Origin: an uncultured bacterium
GTDB taxonomy: Bacteria; Verrucomicrobiota; Verrucomicrobiia; Verrucomicrobiales; DEV007
Assembly (NCBI GenBank): GCA_963977015.1
Contig: CAXBMO010000005.1
Span: forward strand, 160,001 to 224,000
DNA length: 64,000 bases
Direction: 5' to 3'
Within the stretch, counting starts at the first letter, position 1. Each line of letters starts with the position of its first letter. Both the position numbers and the translations under genes were made by a program. Below the pieces are notes generated by a model. The model did no database searches and was not told where the DNA came from. It saw only the letters and a program-made list of their open reading frames with translations. Shown here one piece after another: positions 12,299-21,722 of this stretch.

Positions 12299-15144
12299 TT
12301 TTGCTGGGCGGCAACATACTCATCCCGCCATTGAAAGAAGGTTGCTTTGCCCTTGTCGATGTTGGGATGCTCGAGCCCCTTCATGCGACGGAGCATGTCC
12401 TGCATCATCTTGAGGGCTTCGACGTTCCGCCCGTTGGTCCATAGAATTTCCGCTGCCCGCAGGTAGGCTTCGGTCGACCAATCCAGATGCCCCGGAAAGT
12501 TGGCGTAGACTGAAATGAAGACTTTCAGGGCTTCGTTGCGCTGGCCCCGAAGTTCGAGGCAGCGGGCGTAGTTGAAATTGGCTTCCGGACGCGATTCGTT
12601 CCAGGATTTGCTTTCGAGGTAGGTTTCCCAAAGCGACTGAGCTTCCTCATACTGTTCCTGTTTCATGAGAACCCGGGCGAGCCCCAGGGTCGCTTTCTCA
12701 TTCAATTCCGGATCGTCCAACTCGGTCATCACCCTGCGGAACTTTTCAGCCGCGTCTTTGAGACGATTGGGTTTCCCGGAATCGAAGTCGAGTGTGGCCG
12801 TGCCGATCAGCGCATACCCGAGAGCCTGACCTTCCGGTCGCTCCCGGACAATGAAATTGTAGATATCAACGGCTGCGGCCTCATTCCCCTGTTTGCCCAT
12901 GTGACTGGCGAGCTGAACCAGGGAATAGTTGCTGAGGTCATTGCCACTGCGGCGATAAAGCTGATCCAATTCAGCAAAGCGATCATTCACCGCTTCTTCG
13001 TCAACCTTGTCCGCACTTTGGAGCGCTTCGATCTGCCCCATGATCAGCCAACCATCCAACGCGGGCGAGGTGCCTTTCCCCGAAAAATTCTGAAGCGCGG
13101 AAACCACTTCGTCCAGGGTGTATTCATTGCCCAGAAACCGGATGTAGCTCTGGAACATGGAGTCGAACTCCCCGCCCGGCTGCATCGCATGTTTGACGAC
13201 CAGCTGCTCCAGCAGGGTGCGAGCCTCATCCCGGCGATCGAGCGCCACAAGGGAATCGGTCGCGGCCAGGGTCGCGTCGATGTTCCAGATATTCTCCGAG
13301 TAGTCTTTCCTGAATTCGTCGAAATAGGCGACCGCCGTCTCATGGTCCTTGGCTTCCGCGGCCGTCGCGATCAGCTGCTTCAGCGCATAGGCGGAAATGT
13401 CATCCATCCCCGCGCTCTTGCCTTCAACCCGGGCGCGCTTGTAGGAATTGACGATCGTGTCGTAGTTTTCCTCCATCGCAGCTTGGGCATCCCCTTTTAC
13501 GTTGTAGGCGCCAGGGATTTGCGGAGCCCGTGGATGATCGCCCAACAGCGTGTTGGCTCGGATCAGGGCATTGTGAGGTTCCTCAACAATCAAATAAGCC
13601 AGGCTGGCCAGATAAAGGGCGGTAGGCCGAAACGAGGAGTCGCGATAGGTGTCGCAGAACTCGTCCAACAACGGAATCGCGGACACCCATTTTGAGAGCT
13701 TCACCTTGGCCGAAGCGAGGTAAAACAGAATCGGCTCGCGGCGTTCGCTATCGGTATAGGTGTTGACGTAGTTTTCCAACTCGGGCTCGGCCGCTGCGAA
13801 GTCATTGTTGAGATACAACGTCGCCGCGGCCACAAAATCCAAACCCTCGCGTTCGGGCGTTCCCGGCGGGACATCACCCCGTGCGGAAATTGCCATCTCA
13901 TAAGCCCGATCGTAGTCACCCCGGATAAAAACGACCTCGGCGAGAACCCGCGAAATGCTGGGTTTGAGTTTGTGATCCGGAAAGTCTTCGAAGAAGCGGT
14001 TTCCGTATTCAAACGCCAGATCCCAATCCCCGAGCTGCGTCGCGCAAATCACCAGATTATGCATGAGCTGCGGAGGATCACCAAATTCAGGGTGATGATC
14101 GACCAACTGCCGATACAGCGACAACGCTGTAGAAAGACTGCCAATTTGATAATGCGCCGCAGCCATCCCGAGCAAGGAATTGGTGTGCCGCTCGTCGAGT
14201 TCCTTGACCTTCTTTTCAAGCTCCTCAATCGCGTTGTCGAGACGGCCCACAAGTTCGCGTTGATTCTCCGAAATCGCCTGCTCACGCCTCGCCACCAAAA
14301 TGGCTTTTCGTTCCTCATGCTGTGCGATGACCGGATGCGGCGGCGTCATCAGATTGTACCAGACCAACGCCTGCAGCGGATCGCCCGATCGGAGCGTCTT
14401 GGCAGCCAGGCTCGCCAAACGCGGATTCATCACTTCCAGATCCTTGGACGACCCAAACAGCGAACCGGCGTGTTGTTGCACCACGCTCATCGTTGCGTCA
14501 CCTCCCATTCCGCCGCCGGCCGCCAAAAGCGTGAAGGCGTCCTGAATCGCGTCGTCGGGAAGGTTCTCCAAGTCCAGCACTTTGCTGAGCATGGCCCGGC
14601 CCTCCGCTTCCTTCCCGGTTTTGATCAGGCACTGCGCCAGGTTCATCTCCACCGCCATGCGGTTAATCGGAGGATTGCGCTTGGGATCCTCATCGAGCGT
14701 CTTGCGGAACTTCTGTGCCGCTTCCTCGTATTTCTGCTGCGATTGAAGGATCAATCCCCATTGAAACAGCGCATGTTCGCGAAACAAGTTGGGGGCCTGC
14801 CCGTCCATGCGCCCCTCGTTCGAAAACTTGTCGTAACACGTCTGCAACGGGTCAATCGCTTCCGCGAGTTGATCCTTCTTAATGAGCAACATGCCTTTGA
14901 GGTAGTAGAAATGGCCAAAGGCCGGACCATAATTCCCGAGCCCGGATGCGCCCTCCTTTTCAAGAACCCGGTCGACCAACTTCAGCCCATTGTCGAGATC
15001 GCCGGATTCCAGCGCAGCGACGCCCGCATCATAGGCCTTCGCGAGATCGATGTTCTGGGCTTGGACGGCGCTGAACAACAACGCGGACGCCATGGCAAGG
15101 CAGCTGAAAAATCGGACTCTCATCGGTTGGTTTTGCGTCGTCAT
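12295..15144 (-). CDS. Large exported tetratricopeptide-repeat protein
   Basis: Signal peptide ending VQA; many TPR-like units (ALFQWG..YEEAAQKF, ILFYLA, ALYLA, ATLGLARVL, ANFNYARCL) and a central coiled coil. Confidence 0.85.
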   Translation of the reverse strand: MTTQNQPMRVRFFSCLAMASALLFSAVQAQNIDLAKAYDAGVAALESGDLDNGLKLVDRVLEKEGASGLGNYGPAFGHFYYLKGMLLIKKDQLAEAIDPLQTCYDKFSNEGRMDGQAPNLFREHALFQWGLILQSQQKYEEAAQKFRKTLDEDPKRNPPINRMAVEMNLAQCLIKTGKEAEGRAMLSKVLDLENLPDDAIQDAFTLLAAGGGMGGDATMSVVQQHAGSLFGSSKDLEVMNPRLASLAAKTLRSGDPLQALVWYNLMTPPHPVIAQHEERKAILVARREQAISENQRELVGRLDNAIEELEKKVKELDERHTNSLLGMAAAHYQIGSLSTALSLYRQLVDHHPEFGDPPQLMHNLVICATQLGDWDLAFEYGNRFFEDFPDHKLKPSISRVLAEVVFIRGDYDRAYEMAISARGDVPPGTPEREGLDFVAAATLYLNNDFAAAEPELENYVNTYTDSERREPILFYLASAKVKLSKWVSAIPLLDEFCDTYRDSSFRPTALYLASLAYLIVEEPHNALIRANTLLGDHPRAPQIPGAYNVKGDAQAAMEENYDTIVNSYKRARVEGKSAGMDDISAYALKQLIATAAEAKDHETAVAYFDEFRKDYSENIWNIDATLAATDSLVALDRRDEARTLLEQLVVKHAMQPGGEFDSMFQSYIRFLGNEYTLDEVVSALQNFSGKGTSPALDGWLIMGQIEALQSADKVDEEAVNDRFAELDQLYRRSGNDLSNYSLVQLASHMGKQGNEAAAVDIYNFIVRERPEGQALGYALIGTATLDFDSGKPNRLKDAAEKFRRVMTELDDPELNEKATLGLARVLMKQEQYEEAQSLWETYLESKSWNESRPEANFNYARCLELRGQRNEALKVFISVYANFPGHLDWSTEAYLRAAEILWTNGRNVEALKMMQDMLRRMKGLEHPNIDKGKATFFQWRDEYVAAQQK

Positions 15145-15149
15145 GCGGT

Positions 15150-16100
15150 TTAGCGCTGCCCGGCTCTTCGCAGCAATTCGCCCTCGGCATAGAGGCCCCC
15201 GGTTTGCCCGGCCAGTTTCGTCAGGAACGGCTCGTAGGAGGAGCGACTGAGTTTATCGAGAACGTGCAGATTGACCTTGGTGCCGTTCCCGCGCGCCTGA
15301 GCGGTTAACTTCTCGACATAAGCTCCAATCAGCATGTCCTGGAAGTCGCTGAAAACGAAGATCGTTTTCACGTTCTTATCCATCAGGAACTGGACACCGG
15401 CGCCGAGGGAATCGGATCGGCGGTCGATAAACCAGCAGTTGGGCAGGGTTTGCAGATCCTGATCCATCTTCTTGGCTTCCGCGCTGCCGAGAAATGGAAT
15501 CCGCGCGTTGGAATCGTCGGCATCGCGGTAGCGAACCGCGGTCGGCGTTCCCTGCACATACTCAAAAATGGAGCTGTTCACACAAACGACGTTGGCGGTT
15601 CGAAACACCCGTTTGATCTCGTCCACCACGATGGGGACATAACTGTGCATCGATCCTGACACGTCGAAAACGACCCCCATGTTCCCCGCCACCTTCTGAC
15701 CAAAAAACATCGCGCCTTTTCCCATCTTCGCGCTATTGCCAAAACCGACCCCCAGGTTCCCCTGACCGAGCCCGATCGGCATGTTGTCCAGTTCCTTGAA
15801 CTCCGGCACCGCCGTCATCGCCAGGCTGGCGGATCGCAGCATCTTCGTCATGGGCGGAGCCGCGGCGGAAACCTGCTGAGCCTGCTTTTTGACGGTCTGC
15901 TTTTTGATCTTCTTCTCCTTCACATCGCTGACCGGAGCAATCTGCGCGATGATCTCCGGTTTCTTCTCGATCTTGGGAAGAATCGTGCGAATCCCGAGAA
16001 ACAGAGCGAACAGGAGATGGATTCCAATCGTTGCCAAAATCGCAATGGTCCGGGTCTGGAGCCCCTGCCCTTTCGGTTTGACTTCTTCAGTTACAAGCAT
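15150..16100 (-). CDS. Single-pass membrane protein: TonB/TolA-like His-containing anchor, Lys-rich linker, C-terminal vWA-like domain
   Basis: TM ILATIGIHLLFALFLGI; linker KEKKIKKQTVKKQ; MIDAS VVFDVSGSM; later IFVFSDF. Confidence 0.7.
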   Translation of the reverse strand: MLVTEEVKPKGQGLQTRTIAILATIGIHLLFALFLGIRTILPKIEKKPEIIAQIAPVSDVKEKKIKKQTVKKQAQQVSAAAPPMTKMLRSASLAMTAVPEFKELDNMPIGLGQGNLGVGFGNSAKMGKGAMFFGQKVAGNMGVVFDVSGSMHSYVPIVVDEIKRVFRTANVVCVNSSIFEYVQGTPTAVRYRDADDSNARIPFLGSAEAKKMDQDLQTLPNCWFIDRRSDSLGAGVQFLMDKNVKTIFVFSDFQDMLIGAYVEKLTAQARGNGTKVNLHVLDKLSRSSYEPFLTKLAGQTGGLYAEGELLRRAGQR

Positions 16101-16126
16101 GTTGGCGTAGTGGGTTTGGCAGCATC

Positions 16127-16570
16127 CTACTGCGTAAGGCTGATGTTGTCGATTCCTGCGGCGGTGCAGGCGTTCAATACATCAATAAAACGTTGTTCAC
16201 GCGCATCGCCCTCGCAGTCGATAATGACAAAAGCCTTCGATTCCGCGACTTTGGCCGCTGCCGCATATCGGGCGAGGCGATCACTCAACTGAAAAAGCTG
16301 TCTTCCACTCGTACTCGGCTCCACCATCTCATCGTTCACATGAATCGACGAAGAGGCATCAATCCGGATCATCATTTGATCGATCTTGACCGGTTCCCCC
16401 GAAACCTGGGCCGTTCCCGGCAAAACCAGATTCAAATCCGCCTCCTCCTTCATCAAACTCGTTGCCACGATGAAGTAGATCAACAACAGGAAACCGACGT
16501 CGATCATTGGCGACATATCAATCTCCGCTTCTTCGTGGCCTCCAAAGGGATCGCTGGATTTTCGACGCAT
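16127..16570 (-). CDS. exbD: ExbD/TolR family biopolymer transport protein
   Basis: IDMSPMIDVGFLLLIYFIV with the conserved TM Asp. Confidence 0.9.
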   Translation of the reverse strand: MRRKSSDPFGGHEEAEIDMSPMIDVGFLLLIYFIVATSLMKEEADLNLVLPGTAQVSGEPVKIDQMMIRIDASSSIHVNDEMVEPSTSGRQLFQLSDRLARYAAAAKVAESKAFVIIDCEGDAREQRFIDVLNACTAAGIDNISLTQ

Positions 16571-16574
16571 CGGA

Positions 16575-16994
16575 TTATTCGGCTACGAAGGTTGAAAAAA
16601 TCACATCGCTAACGCCACCACGGGCCGAAGCCTGCATGACTTCCTCCACATGCTTGTGGGCGACATCTTGATCGACGCGCAAATGGAGCCTCGTCTTCGG
16701 ATTGCTTTGTTTCGCCGCCTCCATCAGACGTTGGACATCGAGAGGCTGCAAAACCTGCTCGCGAACATCGAGAATTTCGCCATCTCTTCGCACATTGATG
16801 ACGACACGCCCCTTGGCGTCCTTGGGAACGCGCGCCTCCACCGCAATCGGAATCTCGACGCCTTCAATCTGCGGCACCGTGATCATCTTCGATGCCACCA
16901 TGAAGAAAATCAGCAAGAGGAACACCAAGTCGATCATGGCCGACATGTTGACGTTCGGCTTCTCGCCGTAAATGTTCTTTCGCGAACGCGCCAT
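16575..16994 (-). CDS. exbD: ExbD/TolR family biopolymer transport protein
   Basis: VNMSAMIDLVFLLLIFFMV; LRVDQDV..V..VM...G. Confidence 0.9.
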   Translation of the reverse strand: MARSRKNIYGEKPNVNMSAMIDLVFLLLIFFMVASKMITVPQIEGVEIPIAVEARVPKDAKGRVVINVRRDGEILDVREQVLQPLDVQRLMEAAKQSNPKTRLHLRVDQDVAHKHVEEVMQASARGGVSDVIFSTFVAE

Positions 16995-17012
16995 CGCTGA
17001 AAATTCGACCGA

Positions 17013-18047
17013 CTATTGCTCGGAGGAGGGTTTGTAAGGCTGCGGCTGGTAAGGTTGCGGAGCCGCCGGAGGTGGTGCGGGAGCTTCCGGTTGATAGGGC
17101 TCCGGCTGCGGTGGTGGCGCAGGTGCCGGAGTTTCGGGCTGATAGGCTTGCGGTGCCGGTTCGGCAGGAGCCTGTGCTACAGCAGCAGCGGCTGCCGGAG
17201 GAGCATCTCCGCCGGAATGTTTCGCCACGATGGCCCGCCGCAGGGTGTTCAGCAGGCGATAAGCCTCTTTGTCCGTCACGGCGACGAAGTGGGCCAGGCG
17301 ATCACGGAAATAGTAGTAAATGAAGAGCGAAGGAACTGCGATGACCAGTCCTGCAGCCGTGGTGAACAGGGCCTCCGAGATGTTCGTCGCCAGGGACGCG
17401 GGATCTCCCATCCCCTCCCCGCCAAGCTTATCGAACGCTTTGATCATACCAGAAACGGTTCCCAACAGACCAATCATGGGAGCGGACTGGGCGATGACCG
17501 AAAGGTAATTGATGGTTCGTGCTCTGCCGCGGTTAAATTCCTGGGAGGCATCGGCCATCGCATCATAAAGGCCGTTGTCATCCAAAACCTGGTAACCGCG
17601 ATCCCCGATAAACTCCGTCGCCCCCGCCATTACCTGGCCGAGACAGGTTTTGCTGCGTTCCGCCCGATCTTTCGCTCCAATCACATCACCGTGCTCCATG
17701 TCTTCACGGAGATTCTTCACCACCGGATCCGGCACAAAGTTACGCTTCCCGATATCGATGAAGCAATAAACCGACAATCCCGCGACCACGAGCGACAGAA
17801 AGATGAGCGGCCAGATAAACAAACCACCGACACCGATCAGTTTGGCGAGGAAGTTCTTGTATTCCTTCGGCTCGGTTCTGGTCTTGGTTTCGTTATCCCC
17901 GGAGTTCGACGGGGTTGGGGCGGGATTGCTCGCGGCATTCGTCACTGCAGCTGGATCATCGACCCCGGGAATCGAAAATTCATCTTGAGCCAATCCCGAG
18001 GAATTCAGGACCAACAGCGCGGCGAGCACGGAAAGGAGTTTTTGCAT
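17013..18047 (-). CDS. exbB: MotA/TolQ/ExbB proton channel with signal peptide and Pro/Gln-rich tail
   Basis: APMIGLLGTVSGMIKAF and ISEALFTTAAGLVIAVP; start at ATG 18047; C-terminal YQPE/YQPQ repeats. Confidence 0.9.
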   Translation of the reverse strand: MQKLLSVLAALLVLNSSGLAQDEFSIPGVDDPAAVTNAASNPAPTPSNSGDNETKTRTEPKEYKNFLAKLIGVGGLFIWPLIFLSLVVAGLSVYCFIDIGKRNFVPDPVVKNLREDMEHGDVIGAKDRAERSKTCLGQVMAGATEFIGDRGYQVLDDNGLYDAMADASQEFNRGRARTINYLSVIAQSAPMIGLLGTVSGMIKAFDKLGGEGMGDPASLATNISEALFTTAAGLVIAVPSLFIYYYFRDRLAHFVAVTDKEAYRLLNTLRRAIVAKHSGGDAPPAAAAAVAQAPAEPAPQAYQPETPAPAPPPQPEPYQPEAPAPPPAAPQPYQPQPYKPSSEQ

Positions 18048-18195
18048 AAGGGACGAGTGAAACTTTAAGCGGCAGAGAGAACCAATTCCTAGCCAAAACG
18101 TCAACGGCAAACTCAAAATCTAACCATTGTTGATTACCAGAATCTACTTTTTGAATTTTCTGTGACTATTTTGGCCTGGGATTAGTCCAAATTTT

Positions 18196-18296
18196 TGTTC
18201 GAGCCGCTGTTCATAGGCTCGGCAACCAGCAACAACAACCTCCTGGCCTGAAGGGCTTCCCGGGGACGCAGCCGGGGAGCCCTTCTTTTTTCTTTT
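18196..18296 (+). ncRNA. Candidate small RNA (three hairpins, the last a terminator)
   Basis: Stem1 TCGAGCC/GGCTCGG; stem2 CCAG/CTGG with loop CAACAACAACCTC; stem3 is the terminator. No + strand gene lies upstream. Confidence 0.45.
18250..18296 (+). terminator. Strong intrinsic terminator
   Basis: GAAGGGCTTCCCGG-8 nt loop-CCGGGGAGCCCTTC (14 bp, one G-U) followed by TTTTTTCTTTT. Confidence 0.8.
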
Positions 18297-18316
18297 CGTT
18301 CCGGGTTCTTGGGTCT

Positions 18317-18523
18317 TAGAGCATTTTAAGTGAACTTGTAGCCAATGAATATGACTGGGATCGAAAAAGAGTGCGGCTTCGCCGAATGAAGAGTAACAGC
18401 GGTATCTTTGACCACCTGCTGGGTTCTTGATCGGTCACAGAGCTTGCTCTGCTCCCTCACAACGCCTTGTAGGAAGCCAAATCTCCTCGCTGCATTGGCT
18501 ACACCTCCACTTTAAATGCTCTA
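18317..18523. mobile_element. MITE-like element, 207 bp, 31-bp terminal inverted repeats, TA ends (IS630-like)
   Basis: Left end TAGAGCATTTTAAGTGAACTTGTAGCCAATG versus reverse complement of right end TAGAGCATTTAAAGTGGAGGTGTAGCCAATG (27/31). No internal transposase. Confidence 0.75.
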
Positions 18524-18531
18524 GTCGTCCC

Positions 18532-19398
18532 ATGAAATCCTGGCTGCTTGCCGCCCGCCCCAAAACGTTACTCGCTGGAATTGTGCCCGTTTGGCTCGGT
18601 GGAGTCCTGGCCCAGGCATTTACCGGCACGTTCAGCTGGAGCCTGGGAGGATTCACCCTGGCAAGTTGCCTTTGCATCCAGATCGCGACCAATCTGTTCA
18701 ACGACGTGATCGACTTTGAAAAGGGAGCCGACACCGAAGCACGCAAGGGAGCAACGCGCGTGACCCAAAGCGGGATGATTTCGCAACGCACGGTCTGGAT
18801 CGGAGCCTGGATCACGCTGGGCCTTGCCTGCCTGTTTGCGATTCCCCTGGTTGAAGCGCGCGGTTGGCCGATCATCGCCATTGGCATCCCGTCGCTCTAT
18901 TTTGCGTTTGGATACACCGGCGGTCCGCTCCCCCTGGCCTATCGTGGATTGGGCGAACTGTTTGTGGTGCTCTTCTTTGGGCTCGTCGCAGTCACGGGAA
19001 CCTATTTTGTGCAGACCGGGGATTGGAGCTGGCAACCGGTGGTTCTGGGACTCCAGGTTGGGATGCTTTCGACGGTCTTGATCGCGGTGAACAATTTGCG
19101 CGATATCGACGAGGATCGCGCGGCGAACAAGCGGACTCTGGCGGTCCGATTTGGGAAGAAGTTTGCGAGAGTGGAAATCGCGGTGCTCTGCTTTTTACCG
19201 ATTTTGATGGGAACGCATTGGTTTCACCATCAGGAACTGGCAACGATTTTGCCGATGCTGGTTTTAGTCCTCGGATTCGTAATCGTCAGCAAGGTTGCCA
19301 AGACCGAACCGAGTCCGGCCTACAACCAGTTTTTGGGAATGTCAGCGCTTCAGCTCCTGGTCTTCGCAACGCTCTTCTCGATTGGGATTTTGCGTTGA
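18532..19398 (+). CDS. menA: 1,4-dihydroxy-2-naphthoate polyprenyltransferase
   Basis: WLLAARPKTL, NLFNDVIDFEKGADT, YTGGPLPLAYRGLGE, NNLRDIDED..ANKRTLAVRFG. Confidence 0.95.
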   Translation: MKSWLLAARPKTLLAGIVPVWLGGVLAQAFTGTFSWSLGGFTLASCLCIQIATNLFNDVIDFEKGADTEARKGATRVTQSGMISQRTVWIGAWITLGLACLFAIPLVEARGWPIIAIGIPSLYFAFGYTGGPLPLAYRGLGELFVVLFFGLVAVTGTYFVQTGDWSWQPVVLGLQVGMLSTVLIAVNNLRDIDEDRAANKRTLAVRFGKKFARVEIAVLCFLPILMGTHWFHHQELATILPMLVLVLGFVIVSKVAKTEPSPAYNQFLGMSALQLLVFATLFSIGILR

Positions 19399-19401
19399 GC
19401 G

Positions 19402-20727
19402 TCAACGAAATCGCAACTCGCCATCCTCGTAGACATAGTCGATCGCCGAACCGAGTGCCTGAGAGACGGCATCGGCGGGTTCAATGAGGATTCTCCAATT
19501 CCGGCCCACGATGCGATTGCTGGCCACCGGCTGCGCATAAATCGTCGTGGAAAGCTCCGTCACGGTATTGATGGGATTCTCGTCGTCCACGAAAACGCAG
19601 TCTTCAAAGAGGCAACCTTCCGTAATCAGGAGGAAACTCTGAGGCACGGTGCAGCCGATAAACCGGCAGTTCTCAACCTTGCGCCAACGCGATAGAGCTT
19701 CTTTTCCCGCGTCTTCAAAAAAGGTGACGGATGGAAACTCAACGTCGAGGAACGTGCAGTTTCCCACCTGAATTCCAACCGGCGTGTGTTCGAGGCGCTT
19801 CATGAAGGTTTCGGCGAAAACGCAATCCTCGAACTTCCATTTCGACGAGTAAAACTTCGTGTACCAGCCGCCGGCCTTGTTCAACGTGCACCCATCAAAC
19901 AGACACGCGGTCGCCTCCCAGGTTCCTCCCAGATTGGCGAGGAGTTTCGCCGCGTGAAAGCGGGTTTCGGTGACGTTGAACGAACCGCGGTTCACAAACA
20001 CCTCCCCTTCCAATTCGGACGGCCCCCTCAACACCAGGTTGCCAAGACCATCGGGCCCTTTGATATCGCGATCTCCGACATGGGCTGGTGTCTCCAGAAC
20101 GTAGCGCCCCGGTTGCAACTGCATCTCTCCAGTCAGTCGCTCCGTGCGATGAAGCGGTGAATTGCGAATCTCTCGCAGCGCGACTTTGGGCGGAGGCGGA
20201 GGCGGAGCGATCGGCTTCGGGCCGTCCAGGCGAGTCGATGCCAGGCGTTTCATCTCCTCAGTCACGGCCATGGCTTTCTCCACTTCTCCCGCGTTACTGA
20301 GGGACGAACGCAACTCCGAGAGCCGAGCGACATATTGATTTCGAATCGGGATCATGAGGGGAACCTTTCCCGCTTCGATGGTTGCCTGAGCCGCCTTGAG
20401 TTTGGCCCGCGCCGCATCGATTCCCGGAAAAGCCGAGTCTCCGCTCTTGAATTCGGTTCGCGCCAACTCAGCTTCCTCTGCCGCGGCCTTTGCGTGATCA
20501 CTTTCGCCCCGGCTCTCGAAGTCGAGCTTCATCCGCTCAACCGCTGCCGCATACTGCTCAAAAAGTAGCTGCTCCTGATCGATGAGAGGTTCGACCACGA
20601 TTTCGAGCATGGCTTGATATTGCCCCCGCATCGTCTCCAGGGAAGGCAAAGGCGCTCCGGCGTTATCCTGCGCGACCAGGGATTTCGGCAGAAACAGAGC
20701 CCCGATCACCAACATTGACCACTTCAT
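19402..20727 (-). CDS. Exported hypothetical protein: helical domain, Pro linker, beta-helix-like C-terminus
   Basis: Signal-like N-terminus; PPPPPP linker; repeated CxF units (CLFDGC, FEDCVF, NCTF, NCRFIGC). Confidence 0.7.
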   Translation of the reverse strand: MKWSMLVIGALFLPKSLVAQDNAGAPLPSLETMRGQYQAMLEIVVEPLIDQEQLLFEQYAAAVERMKLDFESRGESDHAKAAAEEAELARTEFKSGDSAFPGIDAARAKLKAAQATIEAGKVPLMIPIRNQYVARLSELRSSLSNAGEVEKAMAVTEEMKRLASTRLDGPKPIAPPPPPPKVALREIRNSPLHRTERLTGEMQLQPGRYVLETPAHVGDRDIKGPDGLGNLVLRGPSELEGEVFVNRGSFNVTETRFHAAKLLANLGGTWEATACLFDGCTLNKAGGWYTKFYSSKWKFEDCVFAETFMKRLEHTPVGIQVGNCTFLDVEFPSVTFFEDAGKEALSRWRKVENCRFIGCTVPQSFLLITEGCLFEDCVFVDDENPINTVTELSTTIYAQPVASNRIVGRNWRILIEPADAVSQALGSAIDYVYEDGELRFR

Positions 20728-20840
20728 GATCGTAAAGGACTAACGCAAGTCGAAGTTCAGGCCAAGGAAGAAATCCGATGGCGCGGGCTCGACATCTGCA
20801 TGAATCCCGGCCGGTTCCAGCTATGGTGCCATCGACCAGC

Positions 20841-21722
20841 ATGCAAACCATCTTCCACCATCGCTATACCTTGCGAAGCCGCGGCGCGCTCAATGCGAAA
20901 TCATCGCGGACGGAATTCGAAGGCGCGCTCATTCGAATTGGGGACGGTTTTGGCTGCCTCCATCCGTGGCCGGAACTGGGTGATCCCGCGTTGAACGACC
21001 TGTTGGCGGATTTGGCAAAAAATGCGTTTCACCCGTTGTGCCGGGGCGCCATTTCAAGCTGTGCGATGGACCTGGATGCCCTTCGCGAAGCGACCTTTCC
21101 ACGTTCCCACTATCTTTTGCCTCCGGGAGACAACGAAGTTCCGGCGGGTTTCGACACGGTGAAGCTCAAATGCTCGGGAAGCGAAGCTGACGTGGCTCGA
21201 TTGCGCGAGCTTCCCGGTTCCCTGAAACTGCGCATCGACCTGAACGAGTCGCTGCGGGTCGATGGGTTTCTGGCGTTTTGGCACAACCTGAGCGATCTCG
21301 CCGACCGAATCGAATTTGTGGAGGACCCAACGCCGTTCGACGAGGAAACCTGGGATTACCTGGGCCGGGGAACCGGATGCGCCTTGGCTTTGGACCGCAG
21401 CGACGCCTGCTCAGCCATTCCCCCGATTCGCGTCATCAAACCCGCCTTGCACAGCGCGAAAGTGGCCTCGCCGAACCAAAAACTGGTTTACACGAGTTAC
21501 ATGGATCACCCCGTCGGGCAATGGTATGCGGCACACTCGGCCATTGTCGGTCCTCGACCGGAAGATCGCCTGACCTGCGGCCTGGTAACGCATCACCTGT
21601 TTGACGATTCCGACCCGTTTATTGCCGCGATGGGACCGCCCGAGCCGATTCTGCGGATTCCACCCAACTTTCGAGATCTCCTCGATGAACTCCCATGGAA
21701 ACTGCTGAAAGCCAGCTCCTAG
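20841..21722 (+). CDS. menC: o-succinylbenzoate synthase (enolase superfamily)
   Basis: HPWPELGD, TVKLK, LRIDLN, EFVEDP, LALD, VIKP; lies between menA and menE. Confidence 0.8.
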   Translation: MQTIFHHRYTLRSRGALNAKSSRTEFEGALIRIGDGFGCLHPWPELGDPALNDLLADLAKNAFHPLCRGAISSCAMDLDALREATFPRSHYLLPPGDNEVPAGFDTVKLKCSGSEADVARLRELPGSLKLRIDLNESLRVDGFLAFWHNLSDLADRIEFVEDPTPFDEETWDYLGRGTGCALALDRSDACSAIPPIRVIKPALHSAKVASPNQKLVYTSYMDHPVGQWYAAHSAIVGPRPEDRLTCGLVTHHLFDDSDPFIAAMGPPEPILRIPPNFRDLLDELPWKLLKASS

